From Octopus sinensis (lineage: Eukaryota): a stretch of 64,000 nt of DNA. The stretch spans positions 118,792,001-118,856,000 of the forward strand of contig NC_043002.1 of NCBI RefSeq assembly GCF_006345805.1, given 5' to 3'. A program made the position numbers and the translations under genes. The notes under the pieces were generated by a model that saw only the letters and a program-made list of their open reading frames with translations, had not been told where the DNA came from and did not search any database. Below, one piece after another: positions 50,806 to 63,719 of this stretch. How positions within the stretch are numbered: the first letter of the stretch is position 1; each line of letters starts with the position of its first letter.

Positions 50806-51460
50806 TCAAATCAAAATAGCCATCTGTGTTTCATACTTAATGTAAATACAACATTGAACGGCAAATTTACTGTAATATTTGTCCAGAGATAATACCTTTT
50901 ATGGATGTGCTGTGTTTAAAAGGACATATATTGGAGGCAGGTGGAAATCATCCCAGTAGCAGCTAAAGAGAACACCAGATGCATTTTGGCCTTGTCAAAG
51001 GCATGTACTCACAGCTAGCCATTTGCTTGGATGAGATTTGCCACCCTTAATAACTAGAAAAACAGTGGAAAACATTCACTGGTATTAAGAAGTCTCCCAG
51101 TTGAATAAAAATCTATTATATACAATAGAAATAGTATTAACACAAAATAGTCATCTATGTGTCATATTTAATGTAAATACATTGTTGGAAGGCAAATTTA
51201 CTGTAGTATTCATCTTAGAGAAGTGCTAGATTTATTGACACAATATGTATCAGAAGGAAACAAAAGTTGTCTCAGCAATGGCTAGTGAGAATGCTAGATG
51301 CATTTCAATCTCATTGAGCTTTGACAGTAGTATACATTCACAGTCGGTTAAGATGAGCACATCTATAAGAAATATCATCTTTGTATGAATACTGCAGTAA
51401 ATTTGCCTTTCAATGATGTATTTACATTAAGTATGATTCACAGATGACTATTTTGACTGA
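50806..51460. repeat. fold-back / MITE with ~70-bp arms and a duplicated left arm
   Basis: 50806-50879 resembles 51125-51190, and both are inverted relative to 51385-51460. Confidence 0.6.
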
Positions 51461-51499
51461 TATAAGTCGTTCATATTGTACATGCTGGTAGACTAACGC

Positions 51500-51815
51500 T
51501 TCATCATCATCATCATCATCATCGTTTAACATCCATTTTCCGTGCCAGCACGGGTTAGACGGTTTGACTGGGGTCTGGGACGCCAGGAGGCGGCACCAGG
51601 CTCCAGTCTGATCTGGCAGTGTTTCTACAGCTGGATGCCCTTCCTGACGCCAACCACTCCGTGAGTGTAGTGGATGCTTTTTACGTGCCACTGGCACAGG
51701 TGCCAGAGGAGGCTGATAGCGACCACGATCGGTTGGTGCTTTTACATGCCACCAGCACAGAAACCAGTCTAGGCGGCGCTGGCATCGGCCACGTTCAGAT
51801 GGTGCTTTTTACGTG
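51500..51815 (-). mobile_element. RTE 3' UTR (D)
   Basis: (CAT)n, reverse tail and about two units. Confidence 0.8.
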
Positions 51816-51819
51816 CCTC

Positions 51820-53275
51820 TCTATAGTAACTCTTCTTCCTGTTCTTTGTAGATGGCAAATAATGGGTTCCGACCTGAAGCAATGTGCCATCATAGAGTTC
51901 TTTAAGAAGCAAAGATACAAGTTGTCCAATGTCCTCAGAAAGTTACTTGTTGTTTTTCAAGATGACTCATTTGACAAGAGTATTGTACACTGAAGGAGGG
52001 GAAATCAGCATTGAAAACAAACCACACAGGGGCAAACCATCAACTGCAACCACTGACACAGACCACCAGCAAGTGGACAAATTGATTAGCATGGACAGAT
52101 GAGCTATAGCCCATGAGCTTGCTGCACAACTGGACTATGGTCACAATGAATTACTGAAGATGGTGGAAAATGTTGTGTATAGAAAAGTGTTGACACCTGA
52201 TTTGAAAGAGAGAAGTGTAGAAGTCTGCTGTGATTTGCAGGAAGCTTTTGAAGCTAACGAAGATACTTTTTTTCTGATCTGGTGCCAGGGGATGAAATGT
52301 GGCCATATCTTTCTGATCTGGAAATATAAGCTCAGTCCATGGAATGAATGCCATCTCTTCTCCAATACCTAAGAAGTTCAAGAGCCAGCAATCGGCATAG
52401 AAAGTCATGGTGACCATTTTGAGAGATAACAAGAGCATCAGTCATCTGGATTTTCTGGAATATGGTTGCACCAGGAACAGTGAGATGCTCAAGACAGCAT
52501 TAAAATGCTATTAGGAGAAAGCGACAGAATTGGCATTTGATAATTAATCCATATTCATCGTTCGTGGCCGTTGCCAGCATCACCTGGCCCCCGTGCTGGT
52601 GGCACGTAAAAAGCACCATCCGTCCGTGGCCGTTTTCCAGCTCCGTCTGGCACCTGTGCGGGTGGCACGTAAAAAGCACCATCCGTCCGTGGACGTTTGC
52701 CAGCTCCGTCTGGCACCTGTGCGGGTGGCACGTAAAAAGCACCCACTACACTACACTCACGGAATGGTTGGCGTTAGGAAGGGCATCCAGCCGTAGAAAC
52801 ACTGCCAGATCAGACTGGGCCTGATGCAGCCTTCTGGCTTCCCAGACCCCAGCTGAACCGTCCAACCCATGCTAGCATGGAAAACGGACGCTAAATGATG
52901 ATGATGATGATTCACTACAACAGTGTGAGACCAAATTAAGTACTCAGCAACTTGAATGGATCACTGGTACTCCATCCACCACACAGTCTGGATCCAGTGC
53001 CCTCCAACTTCCATCTGTTCAATCCAATGAATGACAGTCTTCAGGGACAACAATTTGTTGACACAAAGTGAAAGTGGCTGAGAAAAAAATAGATACAAAA
53101 GTGTACACCTAAATGTTTTCTAAGGGTATTCAAGAGCCACGTTCAACAATGTTGCTAATACATTGCTTGTAAAGGAAGCTATGTATGGAGAAAGAGTTAT
53201 TCTACTAACACATATAATTTGGACAAACTATGTCAGTTACTTAAAAAGTTGTGCCTACTTTTGCCTTACTTTCAG
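51820..53275 (+). mobile_element. decayed mariner (related to the 10677 element) with D insertion at 52555-52905
   Basis: MGSDLKQCAIIEFF..LLVVFQDDSFDKS; PYTVWIQCPPTSICS is a frameshifted PPYSPDLAPSDFHLF region. Confidence 0.7.
52555..52905 (+). mobile_element. RTE 3' UTR (D) with about 3 tandem units
   Basis: The last two units are near-identical (TCCGTCCGTGG.CGTTT.CCAGCTCCGTCTGGCACCTGTGCGGGTGGCACGTAAAAAGCACC). Confidence 0.85.
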
Positions 53276-53689
53276 TAAAACTCTTGGGTGTTAAAATATC
53301 TGTTTGCCTTAGTTATACTTCATTTCATGGCTTACAAGGGGCTTGACCTTATAAGATACTCTTGAATTTTGAAATAAATTTAAAATTCTCCCAATTGTAG
53401 GGTCTTTTGAAAGTTTGCTGTATTCATACCATTATAAAAATCTTACTATTTTCTTTTTAAAAACTTCAAAACTTTCATTATAATATTTCCAAAGTTTGCT
53501 TTGTTATTACATAGTCTTAAATTTTATCTCATTGCATAGTCCAGGGCACCACACAGATAAAACTTGGGTCTTCTACTGTAGCCTCAAGCTAGCTAATACC
53601 TTGTGATTGAAAGAAAATAATAAACAGAAACTGTACGGAAACTTGTAGTGTGTGTGTATATGGATTGTGACAGTTGAGGACATGTGTAG

Positions 53690-54135
53690 GCTTGAAAGAA
53701 ATGAGCCAGTATGGGCATAGACAGCATCAGATGTGGTGTGCAAGAGACACAACTGTGCTGGTATGGTCATGTGAAGTGTTTGGACAACGACAGCTGTGTA
53801 AATAAGTGCCAATCTCTAACTGTGGAGGGAATCTGTGGTAGAGGTAGACTCAGGAAGACATGGGATGAGGTGATGAAGCATGATCTTCAAACTTTGGGCC
53901 ACATAGATGCAACCCTTGGTGATGTGCTATGCTTGAAAAGACCCGTCAAGCCAAGTGAAATCATAGTTATGGCTGATGCTGGTGTCCTGTAACTAGCACC
54001 CGTGCCAGTGACACGTAAAAACATCTTTCAAGTGTTAGGCCTCACAGAGGCAAAATGGCCAATGCCGGTGGCATGCAAAAAGCTCCTTTCGAGTGATGGG
54101 CTTCACGGAGGCAATGACGAATGATCGAGGCCTTC
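53690..54135 (+). mobile_element. RTE LINE ORF2 end plus start of a D-like UTR
   Basis: QLCWYGHVKCLDNDSCVNKCQSLTVEGICGRGRLRKTWDEV, then GTGCCAGTGACACGTAAAAAC units. Confidence 0.8.
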
Positions 54136-54136
54136 G

Positions 54137-54570
54137 TTAGTTAGTTAGTTAATTTTTTGGCTCAAAAAGCAAAAAGCAAGGCCATGTAGGGGGACATGGA
54201 GTTAAGTACAGGGTGGTGTTCATGTAAAGAGTTCAGGCCACTTGAGGTCAAGGGAGACTTTGAACCGAGCGGTCGTCGGCATCTTCACCATCTCGTCTGG
54301 CAACTTGTTCCACGGATCCACAACCCGGACGGAGAAAGCCCCTCTCCTTCGATTGAGATGAAATCGTCGCAGGTAGAGCTTTTCGGGATGACCTCCGCAG
54401 CCGACGCTCTGGAGCAGGAGTGAAGAACAGCTCTTTCGAGAGGTTACACTTTCCACTTATGATGTTGTGAGCGAGAATGAGATCTCCACGGCGGCAGCGT
54501 TTTTCTAGAGAATAAAGGTCGAGCGTCTTCAGCCTTTCTTCATAAGACAAATTATGTCATGCTTGAGAAG
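54137..54570 (-). mobile_element. CR1-clade LINE 3' end
   Basis: MSYEERLKTLDLYSLEKRCRRGDLI..SVRVVDPWNKLP; (TAAC)n tail. Confidence 0.9.
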
Positions 54571-54862
54571 AAGACCCATCAAGCCAAGTAAGAAGTGAAA
54601 TTATATTGAAATCTCAGATCAGTCAGAGTTTACTCGAAAACCCACTTAAACTGCAGTCTTAGCTCAACCAATGATTATTTTAATAATCACAGATATTACA
54701 GTCTCAGATCAACCCTTCTCTAATGATCTTTAATTCTGAAAGGGGAAAAGTAAAGTTAACTACTGCAGGATTTGAACTCAGAATCTAAAGAATAATAGCT
54801 AAAAACCACCAGGGATTTTATCCAGAATTCTGCTAATTCTGATAGTCTATCACATTTACCAT

Positions 54863-55249
54863 GGATGGAAGCACTCCGTCGGTTACGACGACGAGGGTTC
54901 CGGTTGATCCGAATCAACGGAACAGCCTGCTCGTGAAATTAACGTGTAAGTGGCTGAGCACTCCACAGACACGTGTACCCTTAACGTAGTTCTCAGGGAT
55001 ATTCAGCGTGACACAGAGAGTGACAAGGCTGGCACCTTGAAATACAGGTACAACAGAAACAGGAAGTAAGAGTGAGAAAAAGTTGTGGTGAAAGAGTACA
55101 GCAGGGATCACCACCATCCCTGCCAGAGCCTCGTGGAGCTTTTAGGTGTTTTCGCTCAATAAACACTCACAACGCCCGGTCTGGGAATCGAAACCGCGAT
55201 CCTATGACCGCGAGTCCGCTGCCCTAACTACTGGGCCATTGCGCCTCCA
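54863..55249 (-). mobile_element. SINE family B, full length
   Basis: TSD ACATTTACCAT. Confidence 0.92.
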
Positions 55250-55501
55250 CTGTACATTTACCATATGATAATGATGAAAAAAACTAGTGTAGCAATAAAT
55301 ATTCTCTACCTTATCTTAAAGCATTTCTTGAAGAACCATAAATTTCTCTGGCTGTTCTACAAAAGTAAAGATGATATCTAGTGTTATGAAGAGTTAACAA
55401 TGCAAAAGAATTACAGGCTGAGAATGTGGAGCTCTAACTTCTGAAAGAGAAATACTGTGAGGATGCTATATTATGATAATATGCTATATTATAATAATAT
55501 A

Positions 55502-55901
55502 GGCGCAGGAGTGGCTGTGTGGTAAGTAGCTTGCCTACCAGCCACATGGTTCTAGGTTCAGTCCCACTGCGTGGCATCTTGGGCAAGTGTCTTCTGCTTT
55601 TGCCCCGGGCCGACCAATGCCTTGTGAGTGGATTTGGTAGACGGAAACTGAAAGAAGCCTGTCGTATATATGTATATATATATATGTGTGTGTGTGTTTG
55701 TGTGTCTGTGTTTGTCCCCCTAGCATTGCTTGACAACCGATGCTGGTGTGTTTACATCCCCATCACTTAGCGGTCCTGCAAAAGAGACCGATAGAATAAG
55801 TACTGGGCTTACAAAAGAATAAGTCCCGGGGTCGATTTGCTCGACTAAAGGCGGTGCTCCAGCATGGCCGCAGTCAAATGACTGAAACAAGTAAAAGAGT
55901 A
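55502..55901 (+). mobile_element. SINE family A
   Basis: Complete family A consensus. Confidence 0.92.
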
Positions 55902-56499
55902 ATGTCTCCTTAAAAATCTCTTCAATCATTGAAAATAAAAATCTTTAAAAAAACCCACACCAAACAACAGAGCATCTTATCACTGTCAAACTTTGAAATA
56001 TTTGAAAATCAAGGTCTGAAGGTTAAAAAATAATAATAAAATTTCAGAAAAAGGTAAAAAAAAAAAAAAAAAAAAATTAAGGGATTTCTGAAGGAGCAAC
56101 AGCATATAGGAAGTGAAAATTTTATCGTTCACCACCTCATTTTAAACAAACATAAGGGAATGGAGTGAACCAACAAATTTCAACCTTATGTCACAAGCCC
56201 AAATGAACTTTCAAAAAGGCCCCACTTGATATATATGTGATAAAAGGTAATTGACGTAATTAGCTGTGCAGACAGTCTTATGTTGATGGCTACTGTTTAA
56301 CAATTTCAGGTATCGTCCATTCATTATTTCATTCAATGCAGTGGATCAAATTAAGCTGATTACTTGAAATCCTTAGATTTGGTTGCGTAATCCTGGTTAC
56401 CACATTCATGCATTCATGTGTATATACTTGTAATACTTGTACTCATATAAAAAAAACTCTACACGCATTCAATACTGTATCCCTACGATAAAATATAAA

Positions 56500-57139
56500 A
56501 CGATAAAGTGTGTGTATATGTGTGACTAAATAGAGTGAGTTGGGTAGTAAGAAAGACTAAGTATGTAGGTTTATTGGGGGTGAACTGCGAGGCTCAATAC
56601 CTCTCAGTGATCGCGGTTTCGTCTTGAACCAGCAACCTTTAAATTACCCGACACTACGTTCCTTTCTCTCTCTCTCCCTCACACACGTACGCGCAAACAC
56701 TGTATCATATTTATTAAATGGATTCCCACAAAAACCGACTCCTCTTAATCGTCTGGATTTTACCTTGATTAAGGCCTGGACGTCGCGTTAACCATCGCCC
56801 TCTTCCTCACCACAAATACACACGTAAACATTTGCTTAACGAAACCGATCACTTGTAAGTGAATGTCACCGATCATAAAAGGTCAAGCAGTTAACTATTA
56901 TAATAGTTAATTTATTTCATGCATGTGTACAGTGTATATATGTGCGTTTATGCGTATTCCGTGCATTATCTAGCGATTGTATGGAGAGGGGTTGAATAGA
57001 ACATGAATGAGTTGGAGAGGAATAGAGGGAGGGTAAGTGAGAGAGAGAAAGAGGGAGAGGAACTGTAGACTGTGAGAGGTGTGTCTGTATGTATGTGTGT
57101 GTATATATATATATATATATGTGTGTGTATATATATATA

Positions 57140-57170
<31 letters not shown>

Positions 57171-57650
57171 GAACCAATATTGCCTACCGCTCGCCAGATT
57201 CCGCGTAGTTCTCCTTCCGAAAACAACGTACAAACTTCCAGTGCGCATTAAAAGTAAGTTTTTGCCATTCGGCTTACATAATATTGTTTTTCTATTTCTG
57301 ATTTCGTGTGTATATATTAATATTTTTTAAAATTCTATTTAATTTCTGAGTATATCTAACATTGACGCCAGCTCGAGTTGTCTAATTCTTTTTTTTTAAT
57401 CTCTCTCTCTCTCTCTCTCTCTGTCTTTCTTTCTCTTTTATCCTCGTTTCTATGGAATCCAAATGTTGATGGAGAGATGCATCAAGTGTACGTGATTATT
57501 GATACGATTTAATTCTAGATTTTCCTGAAGAATCTCTTTCTCTCTCTCCTGCAGTCGTCGGTCAGATGAAGAATTTTGCGAAATGTTTTTAACATCTACC
57601 AAAAATAACCTTTCGTCTGCTCTCTCTTTCTTTCGACAGAATGAACCGCA
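56500..57650. promoter_or_regulatory. candidate bidirectional promoter / first exons
   Basis: Unique sequence with visibly retained CpGs, GA/CT tracts and CCAAT at 57174; outward-facing donors CAAG|GTAAAA (minus, exon end 56764) and AAA|GTAAGT (plus, exon end 57253); plus-strand acceptors at 57554 and 57639. Confidence 0.45.
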
Positions 57651-57654
57651 TTTT

Positions 57655-58359
57655 CTACTGCTATTATATATATATATATATATTATATTATATATATAGT
57701 ATATATATATGTATATATATATATATATATATAGATAGGTATATATAGATAGAGATATCTATATGTATATATATATATATATCGATATATGTTATCTTAT
57801 ATATTATATATATATATATGTATATATATAGATATATATAGGGGTATAATATGAGATATATAGAGGTATATATATATATATATATAGTATATAGAGTATA
57901 TATAGATAGTATATATGATAGAGATATATATGGATATATATAGAATATATATATATGTATAGATATAGATATATATATATATGGATATATATATATGGAT
58001 ATGATATATATATATATATATGTAGATAGATATATATATATATATGTATATATATAGATAGATATTATATATGTATATATATATATGTATATATATTATA
58101 TATATGTAGATATATAGAGGTATAGTATATAGATATAGGTATATATATAGATGGATATGTATATATTAGATATAGATATATAATATAGGTATATATATAG
58201 ATATATATGATATAGGTATATATATAGTATATAGATGTATTATATATATATATATATTATGTATATATATAGATATATATATATGTTATATATAGATATA
58301 TATATAATGTATATATATATATATATATTATATGTTATTATATATATAATATATATGTA

Positions 58360-58390
<31 letters not shown>

Positions 58391-58399
58391 ATATATAAG

Positions 58400-58430
<31 letters not shown>

Positions 58431-58532
58431 TATATATATATTGTATATATATTATATATAATGTTGTATATATATAATATAATAGTGTGATATATATATA
58501 TATATATATGGAATATATATATATATATATTG

Positions 58533-58596
<64 letters not shown>

Positions 58597-58699
58597 TATA
58601 ATGTATATATATGATATATATATATTGTATATATCTAATATATATATGTATATATATATATATGTATATATATGTATATTAATATATATATATATAATG

Positions 58700-58747
<48 letters not shown>

Positions 58748-59021
58748 ATGTATATATATCCATATATATATATATGTATATATATACATATATATATATA
58801 TGTATATATATCCATATATATATTATGTATATATATCCATATATATATATATGTATATATATCCACATATATATAATATATATCCACATATGTATATATG
58901 TAATATATATATAATATACACATATAATATGTATATATATATATATATACACATATAAATATGTATATATATATATATATACACATATAAATATATATAT
59001 GTAATATATATATATATATAC

Positions 59022-59065
<44 letters not shown>

Positions 59066-59978
59066 AATATATATATATATATACACATAATATATTATAT
59101 ATCCACATAAATATATATACACATATAAATATGTATATATATATATATATATACACATATAAATATATATATATATATATCACATATAAATATTATATAT
59201 ATATATACCATATAAATATATATATATACACATAATATATATATATATATATACACATATAATAATATATATATATACACATATAAATATATATATACAC
59301 ATATAAATATATATATATACACATAAAATATATATACACATATATATATATATATACACATATAAAATATATTATATATACCATATAAATTATATATTAT
59401 ATATATATATATAATTATATATACATACACATATAATATATATATATATACATACACATATAAATATATATATACATACACTATAAATATATATATACAT
59501 CACATATAAATATATATATATATATACATACACATATAAATATATATATATATACATACACATATAAATATATATATATATATACATACACATATAAATA
59601 TATATATATATATACATACACATATAAATATATATATATACATACACATATAAATATATATATATATATACATACACATAAATATATATATATACATACA
59701 CATAAAAATATATATATATACATACACATAAAAATATATATTATATATACATACACATATAAATATATATATACATACACATATAATATATATATACATA
59801 CCCATATAAATATATTATACATACACATATAAATATATATATATACATACACATATATATACATACACATATATATAATCACATATAATATATCATATAT
59901 ACATACACATATATATACATACTCATATACATATATATATATATATATATAATATATTATTACATACATACATACTAC

Positions 59979-60026
<48 letters not shown>

Positions 60027-60045
60027 TACATATATATATATAATT
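57655..60045. repeat. 2.4-kb (TA)-rich low-complexity / minisatellite array
   Basis: TATATAG-type variants give way to (TA)n(TG) and then a ~26-30 bp (AT)nACATACACATATAAAT unit; source of the YIYI ORFs. Confidence 0.95.
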
Positions 60046-61025
60046 TTTTACCTTTATTTTTTACGATCCAAGAAAAAAAGTAGTAATTTCTATTAAACGC
60101 ATCTAGTTTACTTCATGTCTTTTAGAAAAAGAAATAGTAATAGTAATGATGCTCTTAATTATATATTATTTAGCAGTTCTGCAATTCAGAAGTAAAATAG
60201 ATAAAAGATCGGGGAAATTTCGAATCTGTTTTCTATTTGTCTCTAAAGACCTTAATTGACATTCTAAGCTTTACGTATCCCATAACAACTTTCCAGCATA
60301 GCATAAGAGTTATTTTTCTTTAGAGTGGAGGTGGTTAAGCCGTGCTTAAATATGCAGAAGAAAATGATGCCTATCACACGCACTGAGTGATTATAATCCG
60401 ATAGAAGTAAATACAGAAAAAACCAGCACTGAGAAAGTTGGCGCTATGCAAGTTATTTAAAGTATGGTAGTTGTGTTTTTAGCTCGGTCGTACATTAAAA
60501 GGAAATGAATAAGGTTTTATGTCATAAAGGTTAGCACGTCTTATGTAATCGTGATAGGAAATTTTACATGTCTTAACTGTAACAAAACTTTACACAGTAA
60601 TGGCATAAAATTGCTAATTAGCTACACTACATTTTTTTTAGTTTTATAATGATCTGGTTAGTGTAATGAATGATATAAGCTTGTCATGAATATATTAACG
60701 GCTTATTCTTTTCCTATTGTGCTCTGGAAATGTGTATCAAAACCAAGTTCCTGACTCCGCAATTTGATTGTATACAACCACCCTCACACCTATTTAATGC
60801 TTTGTTGTTGACTTTTTTTGCTTCCTTCATTCACCTATCCTCATTAGCTGGGCGAAATTTTGCACGATCCAACAAATGCGCGTTCTATGATTGTTCGATC
60901 TATTAGAAATAGTAGCTAAATCTCCCTCAAATCACCTTTTCTGTCTTAAGTAAAAAATGGTACAATAAAAAATGTGTATTAAACAATGGGATGGTCGTAG
61001 CTGAAGCGCCTTTGCTCAGCTCTTC

Positions 61026-61250
61026 TTAACCCTTTCGTTACTGTATTTATTTTGAGATGCTCTGTGTTTCTTTCAACTATTTTAAATATAACAAAGAATT
61101 TAGTAAAATAACTTAATTATCATTAATCTAGTGTTAGGAACGTAAATTGTGACTAAGGCTTGGTGGAATATTTTAATTCAAAACTTATGAAAACAAGACA
61201 TTTGTACTACAGAGCCAGAGGCGGTTTTGGCCGGGTTAGTAACAAAAGGG
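61026..61250. mobile_element. piggyBac-type MITE
   Basis: 2942 family; right TTAA lost. Confidence 0.85.
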
Positions 61251-61519
61251 AATCAGGTTTGTCTAAGGAGTTAAACATTATCCCAGCTCTTGCAGACCAA
61301 CATAGTGTGCCTCTGTAATGTATCTATGTAAGATCCTAACGCTATCTTTTATTTCACTGGTTTATTCTAATTACCTATTAGAAACTGCTACAATCTTTCT
61401 TTACCAAATGCCAATTAGAAACATATGAGATGTTTATTATCCCAAAATTTAAAATGTGCTGTGAAGAGACATTAGAATATTACAGACCTTTAGGGGCTTC
61501 TGAACATTTTACTGTACTC

Positions 61520-61911
61520 TCTCTCTCTCTTACTCTTTTACTTGTTTCAGTCATTTGACTGCGGCCATGCTGCAGCACCGCCTTTAGTCGAGCAACTCGA
61601 CCCCGGGACTTATTCTTTGTAAGCCCAGTACATATTCTATCGGTCTCTTTTGCCGAACCGCTAGGTGGCGGGGACGTAAACACACCAGCATCGGTTGTCA
61701 AGCAATGCTAGGGGGACAAACACACACACATATACATACATATACATATATACGACAGGCTTCCTTCAGTTTCCGTCTACCAAATCCACTCACAAGGCAT
61801 TGGTCGGCCCGGAGCTATAGCAGAAGACACTTGCCCAAGGTGCCACGCAGTGGGACCGAACCCGGAACCATGTGGTTGGTTAGCAAGCCACTTACCACAC
61901 AGCCACTCCTG
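61520..61911 (-). mobile_element. SINE family A
   Basis: Complete family A consensus. Confidence 0.92.
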
Positions 61912-62318
61912 CCATGTACATAGTGTCAAAATATTTTCTAACTGAATATTTCGCTGTGTTGAAACCACTCTTGCAGCAGTAGTTTCACACTGAATGTTTG
62001 TCTTATCATAGTCAGCTACCACAAGTTTGTCTTTAAGAAACCTAAGTAACTTTAATTCCATGTTGTTTCTGATAGAGCATAAGGAGCCCTCTTGTATCAA
62101 CACCTTCCAATCAAGGGGTTCAAAGTTTCTTTTGGGCCACCTTTTTTTTTAGGTCCCTGGAATTTCTCAGGTACAGTGCCCCTCTCCCACCTCCCAACAG
62201 TAAAACTTCATTGAAAGAGAAATTGTTCAGGTCAGGTCAGTGAAGTGAGTCTCTACTTGGGACCAAATTTCTCTCAGATCACCCTAGCATCTTCAAAAAA
62301 AAAAAAAAAAAAGATGTT

Positions 62319-62685
62319 AAGTAGCTTGCTAACCAACCACATGGTTCCGGGTTCAGTCCCACTGTGTGGCATCATGGGCAAGTGTCTTCTGCTATAGCCC
62401 CGGGCCGACCAATGCCTTGTGAGTGGATTTGGTAGACGGAAACTGAAAGAAGCCTGTCGTATATATGTATATATATATGTGTGTGTGTGTTTGTCCCCCT
62501 AGCATTGCTTGACAACATTTGCTGGTGTGTTTACGTCCCCGTTACTTAGCGGTTCGGCAAAAGAGACCGATAGAATAAGTACTGGGCTTACAAAGAATAA
62601 GTCCTGGGGGTCGATTTGTTCGATTAAAGGCGGTGCTCCAGCATGGCCGCAGTCAAATGACTGAAACAAGTAAAAGAGTAAAGAG
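62319..62685 (+). mobile_element. SINE family A, 5'-clipped
   Basis: Starts inside the tRNA-like head. Confidence 0.9.
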
Positions 62686-62924
62686 TATGATCAATGAAAT
62701 GGCATTTGGCAAATAAAGTAAGAGATTATTCTCCTTTGATCCTGTAGATTCATTCATTTGCTGTTGCTATATTTGTTGAGACCTTTTCTTACCATATTTT
62801 TGTTGAAATACATTTTCAAAAATTAAGGAGAATTTAATAAAATAACTTTATTGATATTAAGCTGTTACATGAATCAAAAATTATCACAAATTTTTTATGG
62901 AAGGTTTTTATTTAGATCTCTTTA

Positions 62925-63122
62925 AAACCCTTTCGTTACTGTGTTTCTTTCAATTACTTTAAATATAACAAATAATTTAGTAAAATAAGTAAAATTAGTG
63001 TTAGGAGCATAAACTGTGACTAAGGTTTGGTGGAAGATTTTAATTCAAAACTTATGAAAACAAGACATTTGTACTACAGAGCCAGAGCCGGTTTCAGCCG
63101 GGTTGGTAACGAAAGGGTTTTA
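62925..63122. mobile_element. piggyBac-type MITE
   Basis: 2942 family with small deletions. Confidence 0.8.
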
Positions 63123-63319
63123 AAAAGGAAATTCATCTCGTAAAACCAAGTGCCGTCTCAGGCAGGTTGGTATTAGAAACAGTAACAGATTTCAGCCACC
63201 ACTAGCACTATCTTCATCAAAGAGTGTAATGAGTGAGATCAATAAAGAAATAATTCTCCTGTAGGAGAAATGGTTGAGTTCTTTTTCTTTAATTTCATAT
63301 CTATTCATTATAGTTTTTA

Positions 63320-63719
63320 CTAGCAGTATTGCCCGGTGTTGCTCGGGTTTGTAAGGGAAATAACTATATAAGCATTTTTAGAGATGTAAAGTATAATAGC
63401 CATCTCAATATGGCTAACCACAAAGGTGGGGGGTGTTACTGTAGCTTTTTACGTTCTGAGATTTAATAATAAATTTTTAGAGAGTTACTTCCCTTATATA
63501 ATAGCAAAAAAATGCATTAAAAATGGGGAAAAATTATGGTAAATTTTTTTTAAATCGTAGACTCATCGTAGACGCGTACTAATACCCAGAAGGGCTCGAT
63601 ATGAATCACAACTATAAGATACCCGGTTTTGGTTAAGCTGCACTGCAAAATGTAGGAGTAGTTAGGAATCTAAATCGTAGGAGACAGACAGCACACAACC
63701 TCACTTTTATATATAAAGA
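63320..63719 (-). mobile_element. non-autonomous Helitron H1 carrying the extra module
   Basis: A|TC...hairpin-CTAG|T termini; module at 63385-63483. Confidence 0.88.

Noticed and set aside
57558-57600. Hammerhead-like CAGATGA..GAAA-TGTT/AACA-TC
   Set aside because: Core has A at position 4, and stems I and II do not pair.
58240-59969. Long YIYI/ICVY ORFs up to 282 aa
   Set aside because: Translations of TA/TG microsatellite.
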